From Callorhinchus milii (lineage: Eukaryota), in the NCBI RefSeq assembly GCF_018977255.1, contig NW_024704743.1, forward strand, positions 70,558,001 to 70,622,000: DNA of 64,000 nucleotides. Direction: 5' to 3'. Position 1 is the stretch's first letter. Each line of letters opens with the position of its first letter. The notes beneath the pieces were generated by a model, which was not told the DNA's origin, ran no database searches, and saw only the letters and a program-made list of their open reading frames with translations. Shown in pieces: positions 24,740-38,565 of this stretch. Made by a program: the position numbers and the translations under genes.

Positions 24740-25530
24740 TCATTCTTCCACATGTTTCATTTGTTGGTCAGTGTAGTGTAGAAAAAAACATGGGAGTAAC
24801 AGGACTTTGTGAACACCCTGCAGGTTAGGAAGATATCCAGAAGGGCTTGCTCTCTTTGCTGGTGGTGCATGTGTGGATTTGGGGTGAGGTATTGCAGGGC
24901 ACCCATGCGACCTGCGCTGTGGATGAAGAGTCAAAGATTTTTAGTGAAGTGGGGCAGTGGGGGAGGTACAATTAGTGAAAGAAATTGGAAAATAAAATGT
25001 AAATGAAAAAAGTTATTAATTTGTGCTTAATTTTCAATGGTGATTATTATATACTCAGAGGGCACTTTAGCATACAGTAATATATTACATGAGCCTCCAC
25101 TCTTCAGAATATCATGGCTGTCCCATTCTTCACTACTACCTCAGAGTAGAGATATTAGATTTTAGGGGTTGTTTGGGCTCCAAATTCTAGTTCTTACACA
25201 AGTGAGTGATGGTGCAAGTAGGAATATTGAACCCTGTGACTCTGAAGAGCATTAAGATGTGTTTGAGCTGGTGAGTGCATTGGCGGGTATTGCTGTTTCT
25301 GCACAAAAGCTGTTCCCACGCTTCATCAGCATGGCACGAGTACCATAAAGTGCCTGAGTACAGCAGATTAATGCTTGTGGTTACAGGAAAAGTAGTTCCA
25401 GTCATGGTATCACACCATGTGGGAAATGTCATATATCACCATGACAAATTTATTTCAATACCCTAGATGAGTACTTTTTGACAGAGTTGTGTAAGGAGCA
25501 CTTCTTTCCTGTGAACGAGTCTCTTATGCC
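24740..25530 (-). pseudogene. Second, highly degenerate Harbinger transposase remnant
   Basis: Collinear minus-strand pieces RLVHRKEVLLTQLCQ, TTFPVTT, LYGTRAM..RGNS, RQCTHQL, and SPSGYLPNLQGVHKVLLLPCFFLHY (like SGGxLxYxPxxVxKIILACCxLHN). Confidence 0.45.
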
Positions 25531-26118
25531 TCTTATGACTATCAATCAATCCCACATTTATCCATGTTACATGGAGGACTGGAATGTGCCCTAGTGCTGC
25601 TAATGTGGGACTACTTTAGCCGGCAATGCGGTGTTTCTTTCAATCCAGAACCGAATACTCTGATTGGCTGATAACTCTGATTTATTATGGAGATGAATAG
25701 AAACAGAGTAATTGTTCAGCAGACTGCGCCTATTCAAATTGTTCCCCAGCCCTTTTAAAGCTCCAGCAGTAGAAAGACTACATTCCTTGTATACTTCCAA
25801 AAGCATTGAGATCCCATTCAGTTTAGGTCACAATGACCTGAGTAGAATGGGATCCTCCCCTGGGTTTGTGCTAAATGTGCACAAAGCCACTTTACATGCT
25901 AGGAAATATCACCTGAAAAATTACTTGCTTATTTTCAAGTTTATAGAGCGATTTGAGAAAATTGTTTCAGCGTTACTGTTCCCTATAGAGGGACTGTATA
26001 GCCAGTATTGGGCCCTCCTTGGGCTTCCTTCTCCCTCACTGCTTCCGCTCATCACCACAGACCCAGACCACACTGCTGTGAAGACCTTCAGAACACCACA
26101 CAGAAAAGCACTCAGATA

Positions 26119-27420
26119 AACAACAACAAATTGCAATTATATAGCATCTTCTAGGTCGGGAGGAAGTCCCAAGGCAAGCGAGGGAGCGAGGTGAAGGGAA
26201 TGTGGAATGCTGAGCAGAGGGAGCGGACAGCTTGATGAGGAGTTAGCAGGTCAATGAGGTGGGAGGGGGCAAGGCCAAGGAGGGCCTTGAAGGTGAGGAA
26301 GAGAATTTTGAACTCTATTCTATGAGGGATGGGGAGCCAGTGGAGCCGGGCGAGTGTGGGGGTGATGGGGTCACGGAGCCTGGTGGGGGAAGAGGACATG
26401 AGCTGCAGAGTTCTGTATGATCTGCAGCTTGTGGAGGGAAGAATTGGGGAGGCTGATAAGCAGGGTATTGGCATAGTTGTAATGAAGGCATGTATGAGGG
26501 CTTCAGCGGCCTGAGGGGTGAGGCAGTGGCGGAGTCGGGCAATGTTTCGGAGGTGAGGGAAGGCATAACGGGTCATAGGGGGAGAAAGGACAGTTGAGGG
26601 TTGAACAAGACGCCTAGGTTCCTGACTGGCTTGGTGAAGTGGAATGTGCATCCGTGGATGCTGATGCTGCCAGTGCGTGAGGTGCGGAGGCGCTGGCGCA
26701 AGCCAATCAGGAGGGCTTCAAACTTGCTAACATTCAACTGTAGAAAGTTGGCTCTCATCCAGGAGTTGATGTCTGACAAACAGTTCTGTCAGGACATCAG
26801 TTGTCCTGGAGTCGAGGGTGGAGGCAGAGAGATAGAGTTGGGTGTTATCAGAGTACTTGTGGAAGTTGAGCCCATGTCTGGGGATGATGTCACCAAGAAG
26901 GAGCATGTAGAGGTTGAAGAGGAGGGGACCGAGGACAGAGGCCTGAGGAACACTGCACAAGAAGGAAGAGAAGCCATTTGTGGAGACAAAGTGGAGACAG
27001 TGTGAGAGGTAGGATCTGAACCATTCAAGGACAGAACCTTGAAAATTAAGGTGAGAGGAGAGGCAGTGAAGGAGGATAGAGTGGTCCACAGGGTCGAAGG
27101 CAGCAGAGAGGTCGAGGAGGACGAGAAGTCAGAGGGAGACCTGGTCACAGATGGACAGAATGTCATTGTTATCTTGACCAGGGCTGTTTCAATGCTGAGG
27201 GATGGGTCCAGGGAAGGTTTTTTTTAGGATAGGGGTGATGACAGCTATTTTTAGAGGAGGTGGGAACTGTCAGTTGACAGGGAGAGGTTGGCGAGGTCTG
27301 AGAGTAAAGGGGCGAAGAGGTGAAGCCGGGAGGTAAGGAGAGAGGCAGGGATAGGGTCGAGGGAGCAGGTGGTGGGCTGCTAAATGGACTGGGAATGGAG
27401 TCAAGAGGAAGCCTGAGTTC
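26119..27420 (-). mobile_element. L2-clade LINE, 5'-truncated, internally deleted
   Basis: VPQASVLGPLLF...KYSDNTQLY, NFLQLNVSKFE, LHWLPIPHRIEFKIL; (CAA)n tail. Confidence 0.9.
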
Positions 27421-27959
27421 ATTTTAGTCACTTTAAGTAATATAAAACAAGGGCTAAACAAAATAATGATGGTTAATAACTACTAGAAGTATGAAGTTGT
27501 AAACTTGTTGCTAAAGTGGTTTCTTAAAGTGGTGATGTAGTACTGGTTAAGGTAACCCACCAGATACAATTCTCCAACTGTTTTAGTCGGATACAGCTTG
27601 ATCCAAATGAACTATAAAGTGTGACACTCAGTTAAGTGAGGGCTGTCTCCCTTCTTAAATGTGAGCAGATCACTGATGCTGATAACCAGAGCCTCAAAAC
27701 AGGTCTTTAATACAGTTGTTGTACTATAACATTCAATATTGCTGAGTGGGCTTCTCAAAGGTGCAATGAAATTGAAATGTTCAATTTGCAAGGATACAGG
27801 AAGTGCTATATCAATCCTACAGAGGTCTTTGATTTGAAGATTCAGACTTTCTAACTTTATAAACTGTTCTTTCACTACTCTTTAACACACACTCACATCT
27901 GTAACATCAAACAACCTTTAGTACCAGTGCCTACTTAGTGTTTACTAAACCAGTACAGA

Positions 27960-29015
27960 ACCTTGGTATCAATTTCCTTTAAACCACATATCCATGCCTT
28001 GACCCATTCCGCTTTTCCCCACCTTCATATTTCCTGCCTGCACCACTACCTCTCCCCTCGGGTAGCCAAAATCCTTATCCATGCTTTTATCACCCCCAGA
28101 CTGGAGCATGTCAACTCTCTATTCACCTGTTTTCCCAACTCTTCCCTCTACAAGCTACAATCTATTCAAAATACTGCAGCTCATGTCCCCTCCTTCACCA
28201 GGTTCCGTAAGCCTGTAATTCCCACTCCCCGACCCGATTATATTGGCTCCCCATCCCCTATCTTGATCAAGTTCAAGATTCTTATTCTCGCTTTTAAAGT
28301 TCTCTATGGTTTTGCCCCACCTGATCTTTATGACCTTCTAAACTTTACCAACTGATCCTTTCCCTCTGCTCTGCAGCACTAGCCTGCTTCACATCCCCCC
28401 GCCCTGCCTGTCCCACAAATCAGTCCTTGTATTTATAGCCTTTTTACGCCCACCTCTGAAACTCCATTCCTGAATCCTTCACCTTGCCCCTTCCAAAATC
28501 TCCTTCAAGATCCATGTCAAGACCTTCCTCTTTCCTTTGGTCATCCTTTGGTTTCCTGGAGTCCTGTAGCTCAGTGGTTAGAGCACTCGCTTTGCAAGCG
28601 AGAGACCTGAGTTCAATTCCAGGCAGAGGGCGTAACCTTGGGCAAGTTTCCTTACTCCACACACCTAATAATAAACCCTCCAAAAAAAAACAATAATAAA
28701 TTGGTCATTTTCAATCTATGACTGTTTGTGGGACATTACTGTGCGCAATTGGCTGCCGCGTTCGCCCACAAATATACAGTCAATTCACTTTACAGTGTGT
28801 TCTGTGAAGCACTTTGGGACGTCCTCCCGACGTGAAAAGCGCTATATCAAATGCAAGGATTATTATTATTATTATTATTATTATCTTTCCACCCCCCTCT
28901 CCCCCTTTGTCCCTTGTATCCAACCCCCAGTTTGGGTGCAAACCTTTGATTGTCCAGCACCTTGGGATGTCCTCCTGGCATGAAAGGCGCTATATAAATG
29001 CAATATATTGTTGTT
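27960..29015 (+). mobile_element. L2 3' fragment interrupted by a SINE
   Basis: KILIHAFITPRLEH...LQSIQNTAA...FKILILAFK; 3' UTR resumes after 28884 and ends in the stem-loop tail. Confidence 0.8.
28558..28884 (+). mobile_element. SINE family A, short form (tRNA-Ala-like head)
   Basis: Anticodon arm CTCGC-TTTGCAA-GCGAG (TGC = Ala), boxes A and B present, long (TAT)n tail. Confidence 0.93.
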
Positions 29016-29149
29016 ATAATGAAGGATACTGAGCAGGGGAATAGAGATCTGAAGGAGTTGACCAAAGATATAGTCAAACAGATATTTTTGAAGGCAGAGA
29101 GAGACAGACAGAGGTAACAAGATAAAGTGACTTTGTAAAGACAGTTTAA

Positions 29150-29720
29150 ACCTCCATAGATCTATATTCTATGATTAAACTTATACACCCTAATATTGTG
29201 TTTGAATTGCCAATTGCTCCAGTACAATATGATGAGATGTTTAAATCTGAATAACTAGACCATTCAATTATTTTTCCTTAAGGACCTTACATAGTGATAT
29301 ATCCTTCAGTGTACATCAAATTGGCCATTTTTATCTCTAACTGTGCATTACATTACATTTCTTGTTATTAAATGCCACTTGACATTCATTTGCACAGTTG
29401 CTGGCGATGGATCTCTGATTGATATCCCTGTCCTCGAAACATCCTGTTCTTCCATACTGTGTGTCGTCATCCACAAAATACAGACATTCCACTTATCATA
29501 CTTTCTTCAAGATCATTAATAAAAATTATGAACAGGAGTCCCAGGACCAACTCCTGGGGGATTCCACTGGTCACAAATATCCATTTGGAACTATTACCAT
29601 TGACAACTGCCTTTTTTTCTATTACACAGACAATTAATCATATAATTTATAAATTCATCTTGAAATCTATGAGATTTCACTTCAGCTATTAGTCTGCTTT
29701 AGAAAAGTATCTAATTTCCA
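29150..29720 (-). mobile_element. Old CR1 RT fragment
   Basis: Minus strand reads VTSGIPQELVLGLLFIIFINDLE...FVDDT. Confidence 0.7.
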
Positions 29721-30389
29721 CCACCTTATGCTTACTAACATGCAGATAGCTAGGCTCGACCTGCCTTTGCCTAACAGTGTAACAGAGATCGTTAATTGGC
29801 ACAACAAATCTACAGCACGGTATACTGTAAACCAGAGTTTAGACCTTTTCTTTTCTAATTCAATGTTTGATGTCTTGATTTTCTATTTAAAGATGCTTTG
29901 TGGAAAAAAAAAGGATGTGATAAATGTTATTTTTGTCTCAGGAGGAAGATAACCCAGAAGACCTGTGCATTTCTTCACAATCACGTGATGCACTTCCTCT
30001 GCTCAGCGAGTCACTGACACAATGGCGTAAATTGAGGATTATTACAATAAGTGTTAGAAGATTGTTTTGAACAAAGTGTTGTGTTAGAATATGGAATGGG
30101 TTACCATACTACTTTCAAATCTAGTCCATGATTGCATTTTAAAAGGGAATTGAGGCAATATTTGTGGGAACATAATAGCTAAATTAAAGGATATGAAGAA
30201 TGAGCAAGGTAATAGGGTTAGAATAGATACCAAGAGTGGGATAAGGGGAGTTTCCAATAGAATGTACATGATGGACCATATAGCCTCCTTATGTGCTTTA
30301 AAACTTGTATGATTCATTCCATGATTTTAATTTATGTCACTTACCTGTATTTGTAAATAAATGAGAAGGTTTCTCAAATGTTACGTATG

Positions 30390-30580
30390 TATGATACCTA
30401 CACATGGACATTTCCCTGTGTCTGAAAGGCAATGTGTACTCTCTCCCAGAGGATGCCACATGCTTACTCCATTCTGGAAATTATTAGGTACAAGTTGGCA
30501 AGAGCCAAAGCTTGTGAAGCCCATGTTGTGAGCTGGAGGACTCTTGGTGTTTAACCAGCTAAAATTGTGCAACTTATCAG
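30390..30580 (+). repeat. Unclassified repeat family U fragment
   Basis: CCTACACATGGA...GTTGGCAAGAGCCAAAGCTTG...TAACCAGCT matches 52500-52720 and 55300-55580. Confidence 0.7.
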
Positions 30581-31004
30581 ATTACAGAGACCCCCACAGT
30601 GTCTATTGTGCCATTCTGTTGTGGAGCATGTCACCCTTTTGATCAATCCAGTCAATCTGATCAGTTAATAACTAAGAGCTGCCTGTGAGTGTGGCAGCTT
30701 AGCCAGATCTGCAATAATGGTTGGACCAGACATCACCTGCCCCACTGTTGCACTCGTTGACATATATAGCATTGAATTGCTTGCTCACAGGACGTAAGGC
30801 TGATTTTTTTTTATTAAGTCAATCATGAAAAACAGCAGCAAGCAAGTCCAATAGCACCACCACGGTTTTGTCACAACAGTTGTCACATTTGTTACTGGAC
30901 TTTAGTTATAAACAGACCTTCCTGACCACAGTTATCCGCAAAGTAACCAGATTCATGTGTAAAGAATACTCGCTTGGGTGTATTCTTCATCAATGCCTGA
31001 GGGA

Positions 31005-31097
31005 ACATATTGAGGTTAGAAGATGACCTCATTGAATGGTGGGCAGGCTTGAGTGGCCGAATGGCCTACTCCTGCTCCTAATTCCTATGTTCCTATA
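31005..31097 (+). mobile_element. CR1 3' terminus
   Basis: GGCCGAATGGCCTACTCCTGCTCCTAATTCCTATGTTCCTAT. Confidence 0.75.
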
Positions 31098-33774
31098 CCC
31101 AAGAGGAGGAGAAAATGTAGAATTAAATGCCTTCAGGAGGGAAGTGGTGGGGGAAGGGGGGGATTCACAAAGCAAAATTCACAGACAATGAATAAGTATC
31201 AGTATTCATTTTTATTAGTTGGGATAAAAGTTTTCATGAACTTTTAAATTACAGTAAATTGTATTAGGAGCAATTCTAATCACAACTATTATGGATGAGG
31301 TTACAAAGCTTTGCTTGCAGGGGATCTTTGAGCCTATAGATATGGATAACTAATAATAGCTAGAATGGGTTCAGGTTCTCCTTAAATAATGTTCCCAACG
31401 GGATCATTATTTGAAAGATATAAACATCTATCCATACAAGGTCGGATCTGAAAAAAAACATGTATTTGCTTATCAGTGACTTTATCTAGTTAACTGTCAA
31501 ACATTGCTGAATTTAGATGTAAGATAAAGTCCTTTAAATAGTATGGAATACTATCAAATGTTCAGAAAGCTCATGCAAGGATTATGACTTTCAGTCATGA
31601 TTATCCCATTTTGTCTACTCTAAGCAATGCAGAAATTTCCATGGACATATGCAGTGCTGTGTGCAGGCTCATTTCATTTGAAGTACCCACAAGGGAAGTA
31701 TATTTAGCTGTTCCCATGGAGAAGTTTGTTACAGTAATAAGTAGCGTAGGTAGTGATAAAGGCAATTAAAGGTAGTTTTTTTGTTCATCTGAAGGTTCTG
31801 CTGAATAAAAATTGACAATGAGCCTCCCAAAGTAATCTACATTTAAGTGTCTGCTTGTTTACCAAACCAGTTTGTTTAATTTTAATGATTTAAGACTTCT
31901 TTCTTTCATTTAAAAGCTTTCTGCCCATTAATGAAGCTTTAAAATATGTGAAATGTTTGAAAGTAACTGCAATAAATGTGATACAGCATAGACAAAACTG
32001 CCGCTAGCATTCAGCTTTGATAGTTATTTAATGGATGGTTGGGAGTGTGTTGCAGGGCTCTGCCACCAATACAGGAATCTGATGATGTCATAAATCCCTG
32101 CATTGACGTTTAAGTGGTATACATAAATCTTCAGAATATATTGTAGTCCTGTCAACCTCCAGCCAACTTTTATTTTGTGTGACAGATCGCACCTTGACAA
32201 AAATCTACTCTGACTCTACAATCATAGGAAAGCATAGAATGACAAAAGACCATTTGCTTCATCTAGCTTACGCTTTACACAATCTAGAGCATACAAAACC
32301 TACCTTCGCATTGGGATGGTACAGGAAAGGGAAGGTAGGGAAACTCAGTGCAGACATTCTCTGATCCCAGAGCCCCCAAGCAAAACATCAACCAAAGCAC
32401 TTTTCCTCCTTATTCAAGCCTGCCTGCTACTCTCAAGAGACCACATGACTGAAAGAGTCACCAATGCATACCAACTGTATATTATAAGTATAATTAATAT
32501 CTCACAACTGGTTTGGGGCAGTATCTGCATAAGTCCGATTCTTATACTCGACATGGTTAAAACTCCAAGTCCACATTTGAATCGCAAATTTTAATTTCAG
32601 AAAGCTGGCAACAATTTTTTAATTTGCAAAATAATTATATTTTGGACATTGAGAAAGGGTATATCACATTATAATCTCATTCGTCATCTTGCTTTGAATT
32701 GTTTTCTTTTGTAGTTCCCTCAAGTAAACAAACCCCATTTGTTTGGATGCAGTTCAAATTAACATTTCACTAAAATTAAACTGCTGGAATAATTTAGAGG
32801 GGTCATGGTAGAAATATATGCTGAGAATAAATTCTACTCTTGGAAAAATACCAGAAAGTATTTTTATAATCTGAAGGGAGCTATTTGAGGATGTGCAAGG
32901 ATTTTGCACAGGATAAGCACAAATGTTTTGGTCAGGGAAGTTGACATGTATTGAACAGATCTGGTATGCATTCAACAATACTGAGAAGACTTTATGGATC
33001 TAAATTCAATATTTCAGGCATGTTGACAACAATCTTTGGAAATTAATGTTCCAAATGCAGTCATACTTGAAATGTTATGAGCACAGAATACTCCATAGGC
33101 ACATTTTAAGGCGTTTTTCAACAAAACAAGGAGTATATTATTATTTTACTCCTCATAATGCTCCCCTTGACTCAGGCCTCTTTTCACGAGGCTTAGAATG
33201 GTTAGCAATATGCATCTTTTAACAATTTGCTGCAAAATTTAGTTGGCAGATGTGTGGCACTCACTAAATGTGCTTTTGCTAAAAATATACTAGGCAGATT
33301 TGTTGCTGAATGCTGATATTAACATCCATTTAGAGGTGTTCCTCATAAATTACTTTCTTCGTGCCCTTCATCAAACATTCTGATCTGCAAATTGCTACTT
33401 AGCCAGGAATCCAATTAAAGGAGGATCCAGTTCTGCATTAACATTGATTACATTTGGATACCAGGATGGCATCATACTTTAAGCTGAAAAGACAAGGAAA
33501 TCAGAGATGCCATTGAAACTTCCAAGATAGGGTGGTCTATCTCTTACTTTTTCTTACCTGGACCAGTCACAGATTCACATAAGTTAGCTAATTAAAAGGA
33601 TTACAAGGTTTTTCCACACATGCATATCATCTTTCTAATCCCTACACTATTTCTGGTCAACTCAGCTTTCCTTAAAATGAAATGGGAATTTGGTTACTTT
33701 ATTTGACCACAGTGACTTGCAGTCCAGTTACCCAGGTGAACCTTATTGTGATCTATCATAGGCAGGTAGAATCA

Positions 33775-34218
33775 TAGTAATAATAATCCTTACATTCAGT
33801 ATAGCACCTTTCACTTCAGCAGGATGTCTCAAAGCGCTTCACAGGAATATAATGTAAAGTGAAGTGATTATGTTTTTTTTGTGGGTAAATACAACAAATG
33901 TTGTATGTAGCAATGCCATACAAACAGCTATAAGTGAATGATCAGTTTTAATTAGGTGGTGTTAGTGAGGACACCAGGNAAAAATCCCTTCTTTTTTAAA
34001 ATAGAACCCATGGGATCTTTAACATCCACCTGAATAGTCAGACGGGAAGTTGCTTTAACATCTCATTCAAAGGACAGCAGCTCCAAAAATGCACCCCTTC
34101 CCTCCCAGTAGTACTTTGGAGTGTCAGTCTTGACTGAATGATTTCCAACTCCTGACTGGGGCTGGAACCCACAACCTTCTGACTCAGAGGCGGGAGTTCT
34201 ACCAACTGCGCCAGGATG
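33775..34218 (-). mobile_element. Deu-domain SINE (family B)
   Basis: Head, Deu core (CCATGGGATCTTTAACATCCACCTGAA) and tail all present. Confidence 0.8.
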
Positions 34219-36484
34219 AATCATAGAATTTGTCATTACAGAAGACCATTTGTGTCTGTGTGAGGCCTTATAAAAAGCATCTGTTTAGTTCTAACTGTTT
34301 AACCTTTCCCTTATTCGCTTTTACATTTTCCTTTTCAAATATTTGTCTTTTTAAATTCTGTTCCAGTGTTTGGTTTTGCCCTGTCACGCAGCTGAAACCC
34401 TCGTCCATACATTCATCACCTCCCGCCTCAACTACTCAAATATTCTCCTCACTGATCTCCTCAGCTCCACTATCCATAAAATCCAATTAATCCAAAACTC
34501 TGTCGCTCACATACTCACTCCATTAAACTCCATACCCCCATCAAACCAGTTCTTGCCAGCCTCCTGTTAAAGGCTTTGAGGCTTCCTCCTGAAGAGAAAA
34601 GTGCTATGGGAAATGTAAGGATCATTATTATTATTATTATTATAAGATTTGTAGAATTACAAAACACGGAAATAGACCATTTGGCCCATTGCTGTTGTTA
34701 TACACCACATGTGTTATTCTTTCCCGTGGTCTTGCTTTATACACATAGTCTCCATCATGCTTCCCTTCACACATTTATCTAATTTCCTTTTAAAATAGTT
34801 TATGGATTCATGAATCTAATGTTCTTTAAAGGTATTACATATAACACTTTATTAATCTTTCCCATTGAAAAAGTAATGCAAAAAAATTGCGTTGATGAGA
34901 AGAGAGCATTATGAGAGTTATGTGAACGATTAATAATTAATTTTTTTTGCCACACACAGACATCTTATTATTTCATTCTACATGAATGGAAGAACACCAT
35001 AACATATTCTGCTAATTACAAGGTATTTTTTAAGTAAAGTCTGGAATTATTTATGCTGTGCAGGTTTCAGGATAGTTGCCTCAAGTTACGTAGATTGATA
35101 GAGCTTCAAAATAGCCCCTTCGGCCCGCCCAACAAAGCCTTATTGATGCTTATAGTCCACATGAGCCCCACACCCCTCCTATTCCCCTCACCTATATCAC
35201 TCTATTCCTTTCTCCTTCATGTATGCATCAGGTTTTCTCTTAAATACATTGATGCTATTCACAAACACTGGACAGCAGTTGAATAATTATTTGCACTAAA
35301 TGTACTTATTCATTTGTAGCAAAATTCCACAAAGACCCCTTAACAAAAATGATACAGTCAACATTTACTATCTACTTTAATTCAGCATTTTTTTCTGCTA
35401 AGTTTGAGATACAACTCCATGTAACTGGTAATTACTCCTTGCAGTTGTTAAATATGTTAAATCAGTTAAATACATTTTTTGAAGCATATGGTTTCAGATC
35501 ATAGCTCCTATAATGTTGTCTTAAAATGTGACCTTTGCCAGAAATGTGGAAAATTCTTAAATTTAATTTTAATTTGGAAGCCTTTTTTTATAGTTTGTTC
35601 ACAAGCTGCTTCCACATTAAGACTGAATTTAACAAGTTTCCATTATTATGTGTGTTCCTAATACCTTGAGACAAAATGGGTTCACAAGCTAAGCCTAGGA
35701 GTGATTTCAGGCTGTTCAATGACTTTCTAGTCAGAAAGTGTTTATTGGGAAAGTTTACAATTGGGCTTGGCTGTGAATCTCCCAATGGCATGACTAGTCT
35801 GTCAGCATCAGCTCATACATGAAGAATGGCCACTTGGACAAGGTACCAGAGAGCTGTTGGAATACACATAAATTATATGGCCTTCAAGGAGAAATTGTTT
35901 GCAATATAATCAGAATAATTTATTTCCTGGTAATCAGATGCTGCAAAAAAAGGCTTCATAGCACTCCAGTATCTATCAAGCAATGCTAGATCAAGTCATA
36001 CATCTCTTTAGTTTTGATTATACTTTTGCCTATGTCATCCTGCATCTACTGAATTCAGTGCACCTGACATATGGCAAGAACACATCAACATTGTCTTTTA
36101 CAATAGATATCATCTTACATCATAAAAAATAATAAATGGATTACATATATTACATAGAGTTACATAGAATGTTACAACATGAAAACAGGCCATTCAGCCC
36201 AACTAGTCCGTTGGTAACAATCTCACCTCTGGGTCTGGAGGCTGTGGGATCAAGTCCTTTGTCAGAGACATGAGCTCATGGTCAATGCTAAGATTCCAGT
36301 GCAGTGTTGGATAAGTATGGCATTGATAGAGGTGCTGCCCTTCAGATGGGTTCCTCACCCTGTTCAGGTGGTTCTTAAAGAATCCTAGGCTCTATTTGAC
36401 TGCCACCACCAACAACAACTTGCATTTAAATAGCACCATTCATGCAGGATAGTGACTCAGAGCACTCAGACCGTACACTTTCGC

Positions 36485-36822
36485 ACAAAGCCCTCTACGG
36501 TCTTGCTCCCCCCTACCTCCGTGACCTCCTAACCACCCTACCATTCTATTCGCTCCCTCCGCTCAGCAGGCTCAGGTCTGCTTCACGTCTCCCGCCTTGC
36601 TCACCCCACTATTGGCGGGCGGGCCTTCTGCCACTCTGCCCCCACCCTCTGGAACTTCATCCCACAGTCCCTCCGTCCCTTGTCATTTTCAAGACCCTTC
36701 TCAAGACTACTCCTCTTCAACCGTGCTTTCAATCTCCCTGCTTCCCCCCCTGCCCTACACCCTCCTCCACCCCTACCCTCAGCTTGGGTCCGTAACTTGG
36801 TCTGTCCAGCGCCTTGGGACGT
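36485..36822 (+). mobile_element. L2 3' fragment
   Basis: KALYGLAPPYLRDLL..., 3' UTR, ends mid stem-loop (CAGCGCCTTGGGACGT). Confidence 0.82.
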
Positions 36823-38024
36823 TATACATTATTATTGTATTTTGCACATTGCTTGTTAGCCCAAGCGACAAATTATATCTGAGAGTTAAGGAATTCCTAT
36901 TATTTGATTCAACGTTTACCACTGTTATCAAAATATCTGTTTAAAGTAACATAAAATTTGGCTTTGCAGTCCCGCTGCTGTTGTAGTAGATGCCACTAAG
37001 CTGATTTCTCTTTTGGTAATCTTACAAACATAATAAGCAGAACTCAACAAAACCTGGGTACATTCTTGCTAAAAGGACAATGAAGTCTGGTAGTCTCATA
37101 ATATGCTATATAATAATAAAGTGGAGAAGGAAACAGATGGAACAGATACTTCTCTTCAGGAATCTGTTGGCCTCTGCAGCATCTGCCACCAAAGTGCTCA
37201 ATGATTTATTTGCAAAATAATACTTAAAATTGTACTCATTCCTCAGAGACATTCACGGCAGTGAATATTTAACACAAGCAAGTTCAAACAAAGTACCAAA
37301 ATTCAAGAGGCATAAGGAAGAATCTTCTAACCATGGCTGTAAGTTACTCCTATTCAAATACAATCCCAGCACTTCAAGACAGTGGAGATCACTAGTGCCA
37401 TTCATACCAGCTAGAAATAGAGACATTCTGCTTATGTGCTTAGAATGGGAAGTCCCATTATAAACCCTTAATGAAACATTCCTATTTTTAGCAATAGGTG
37501 TAGGATAGATGCTATTTATCCACATTAATCCTCTCTCTTACAATAAAGAAGCTTTCAAAACCCAAGCTTTATGTTATCTACCCACCACTCTTTAATTTGT
37601 CTCATCCTCTCTTCAGTGTAGGTGGTGCCCTACATTTGATCCTTTAACTTGGTTTTGAATATAAAAAACGAGTGGTGTATGCGAATATAACATTATTATC
37701 AGCTAAAGAGAAGCTGGGAAGGGATCTTAACTGAGCTCCACTGTGTAATAGTGCACTCTACTGTGTATATTCTCATTATATATTTATAGTTTTAACAAAT
37801 TGCAATGTTTGATGTGGGATGCTGAGTACAAAATGCAACTCTCAATTCTCAGCACTGTCGTGTATGCACACACACAAGAGACCTGAAATTCTACCTAGTT
37901 TTGGCCAATAAAATGATTTTGGCTTGTTGGATCCTGCTGGATTGTGGACAAAATTCTTAAATGTCATCTTAAATTGGAAGCTTTTGTTTAAGAACTGGGG
38001 AAAACAGATTTCTAAATTAATTAT

Positions 38025-38192
38025 AAACAAAACGCAAAATACTGCAGATCCTGGAAATCCGAAACAAAAATATTTTTGACGAAGGGTTGTGGACCCGAAA
38101 CATGTAAACTTGTCTTGTGATCATCCACTTTCCTTTCTCCATAGATGCTGCCTGACCTGCTGAGTGTTCCCAGCGACTACTGTTTTTGTTCT
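38025..38192 (+). mobile_element. Penelope-type terminal fragment with degenerate hammerhead-ribozyme core
   Basis: TGACGA-AGGGTTGTGGACCC-GAAAC (38077-38101) followed by AGATGCTGCCTGACCTGCTGAGTGTTCCCAGC; family call is from recognition, not a search. Confidence 0.6.
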
Positions 38193-38565
38193 AAATTTAT
38201 ATTACATTTAAGAGATTCCCACAATTCTGTACGATTTTACATTTCAACAAAATGGTTTTACAGACCAAGTCTGAATAGAATTTTGGGCCTTATGTTAGAT
38301 GCAAGATGCAGTATGAATTAAATCTACTTACTGATCAAAGTATAGCCTGAGGAAACTCAGAATCATGATGATAAATAGGAAGGGCTGTGTGATGTTGTCA
38401 CAGGTTTCTGAAGGAATATAGAGATCCACCTGGTGAACAGGCAGATTTACTCAAAATGTTGTCAATCGAGTAAGTAAGATTGACAGGGTTCAATGCATCA
38501 TGGACCATGTTAAAAGTCAGGTATGAATAAATGCCTAGCTTCCTGGTCATGAGGTCACAGCTGAT

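Noticed and set aside
25712..26119. 135-aa ORF and other short ORFs in unique DNA
   Set aside because: No recognisable domain or splice context; lengths are compatible with chance.
28558..28630. tRNA-Ala(TGC) gene
   Set aside because: The acceptor stem does not pair properly and the sequence continues into a SINE body repeated about ten times in the window.
33979..33979. Single N base
   Set aside because: An assembly ambiguity inside a SINE, not biology.
37247..37338. Possible 92-nt exon (CCTCAG|...CT|GTAAGT)
   Set aside because: Weak pyrimidine tract, unrecognised peptide, and no supporting neighbouring exons.
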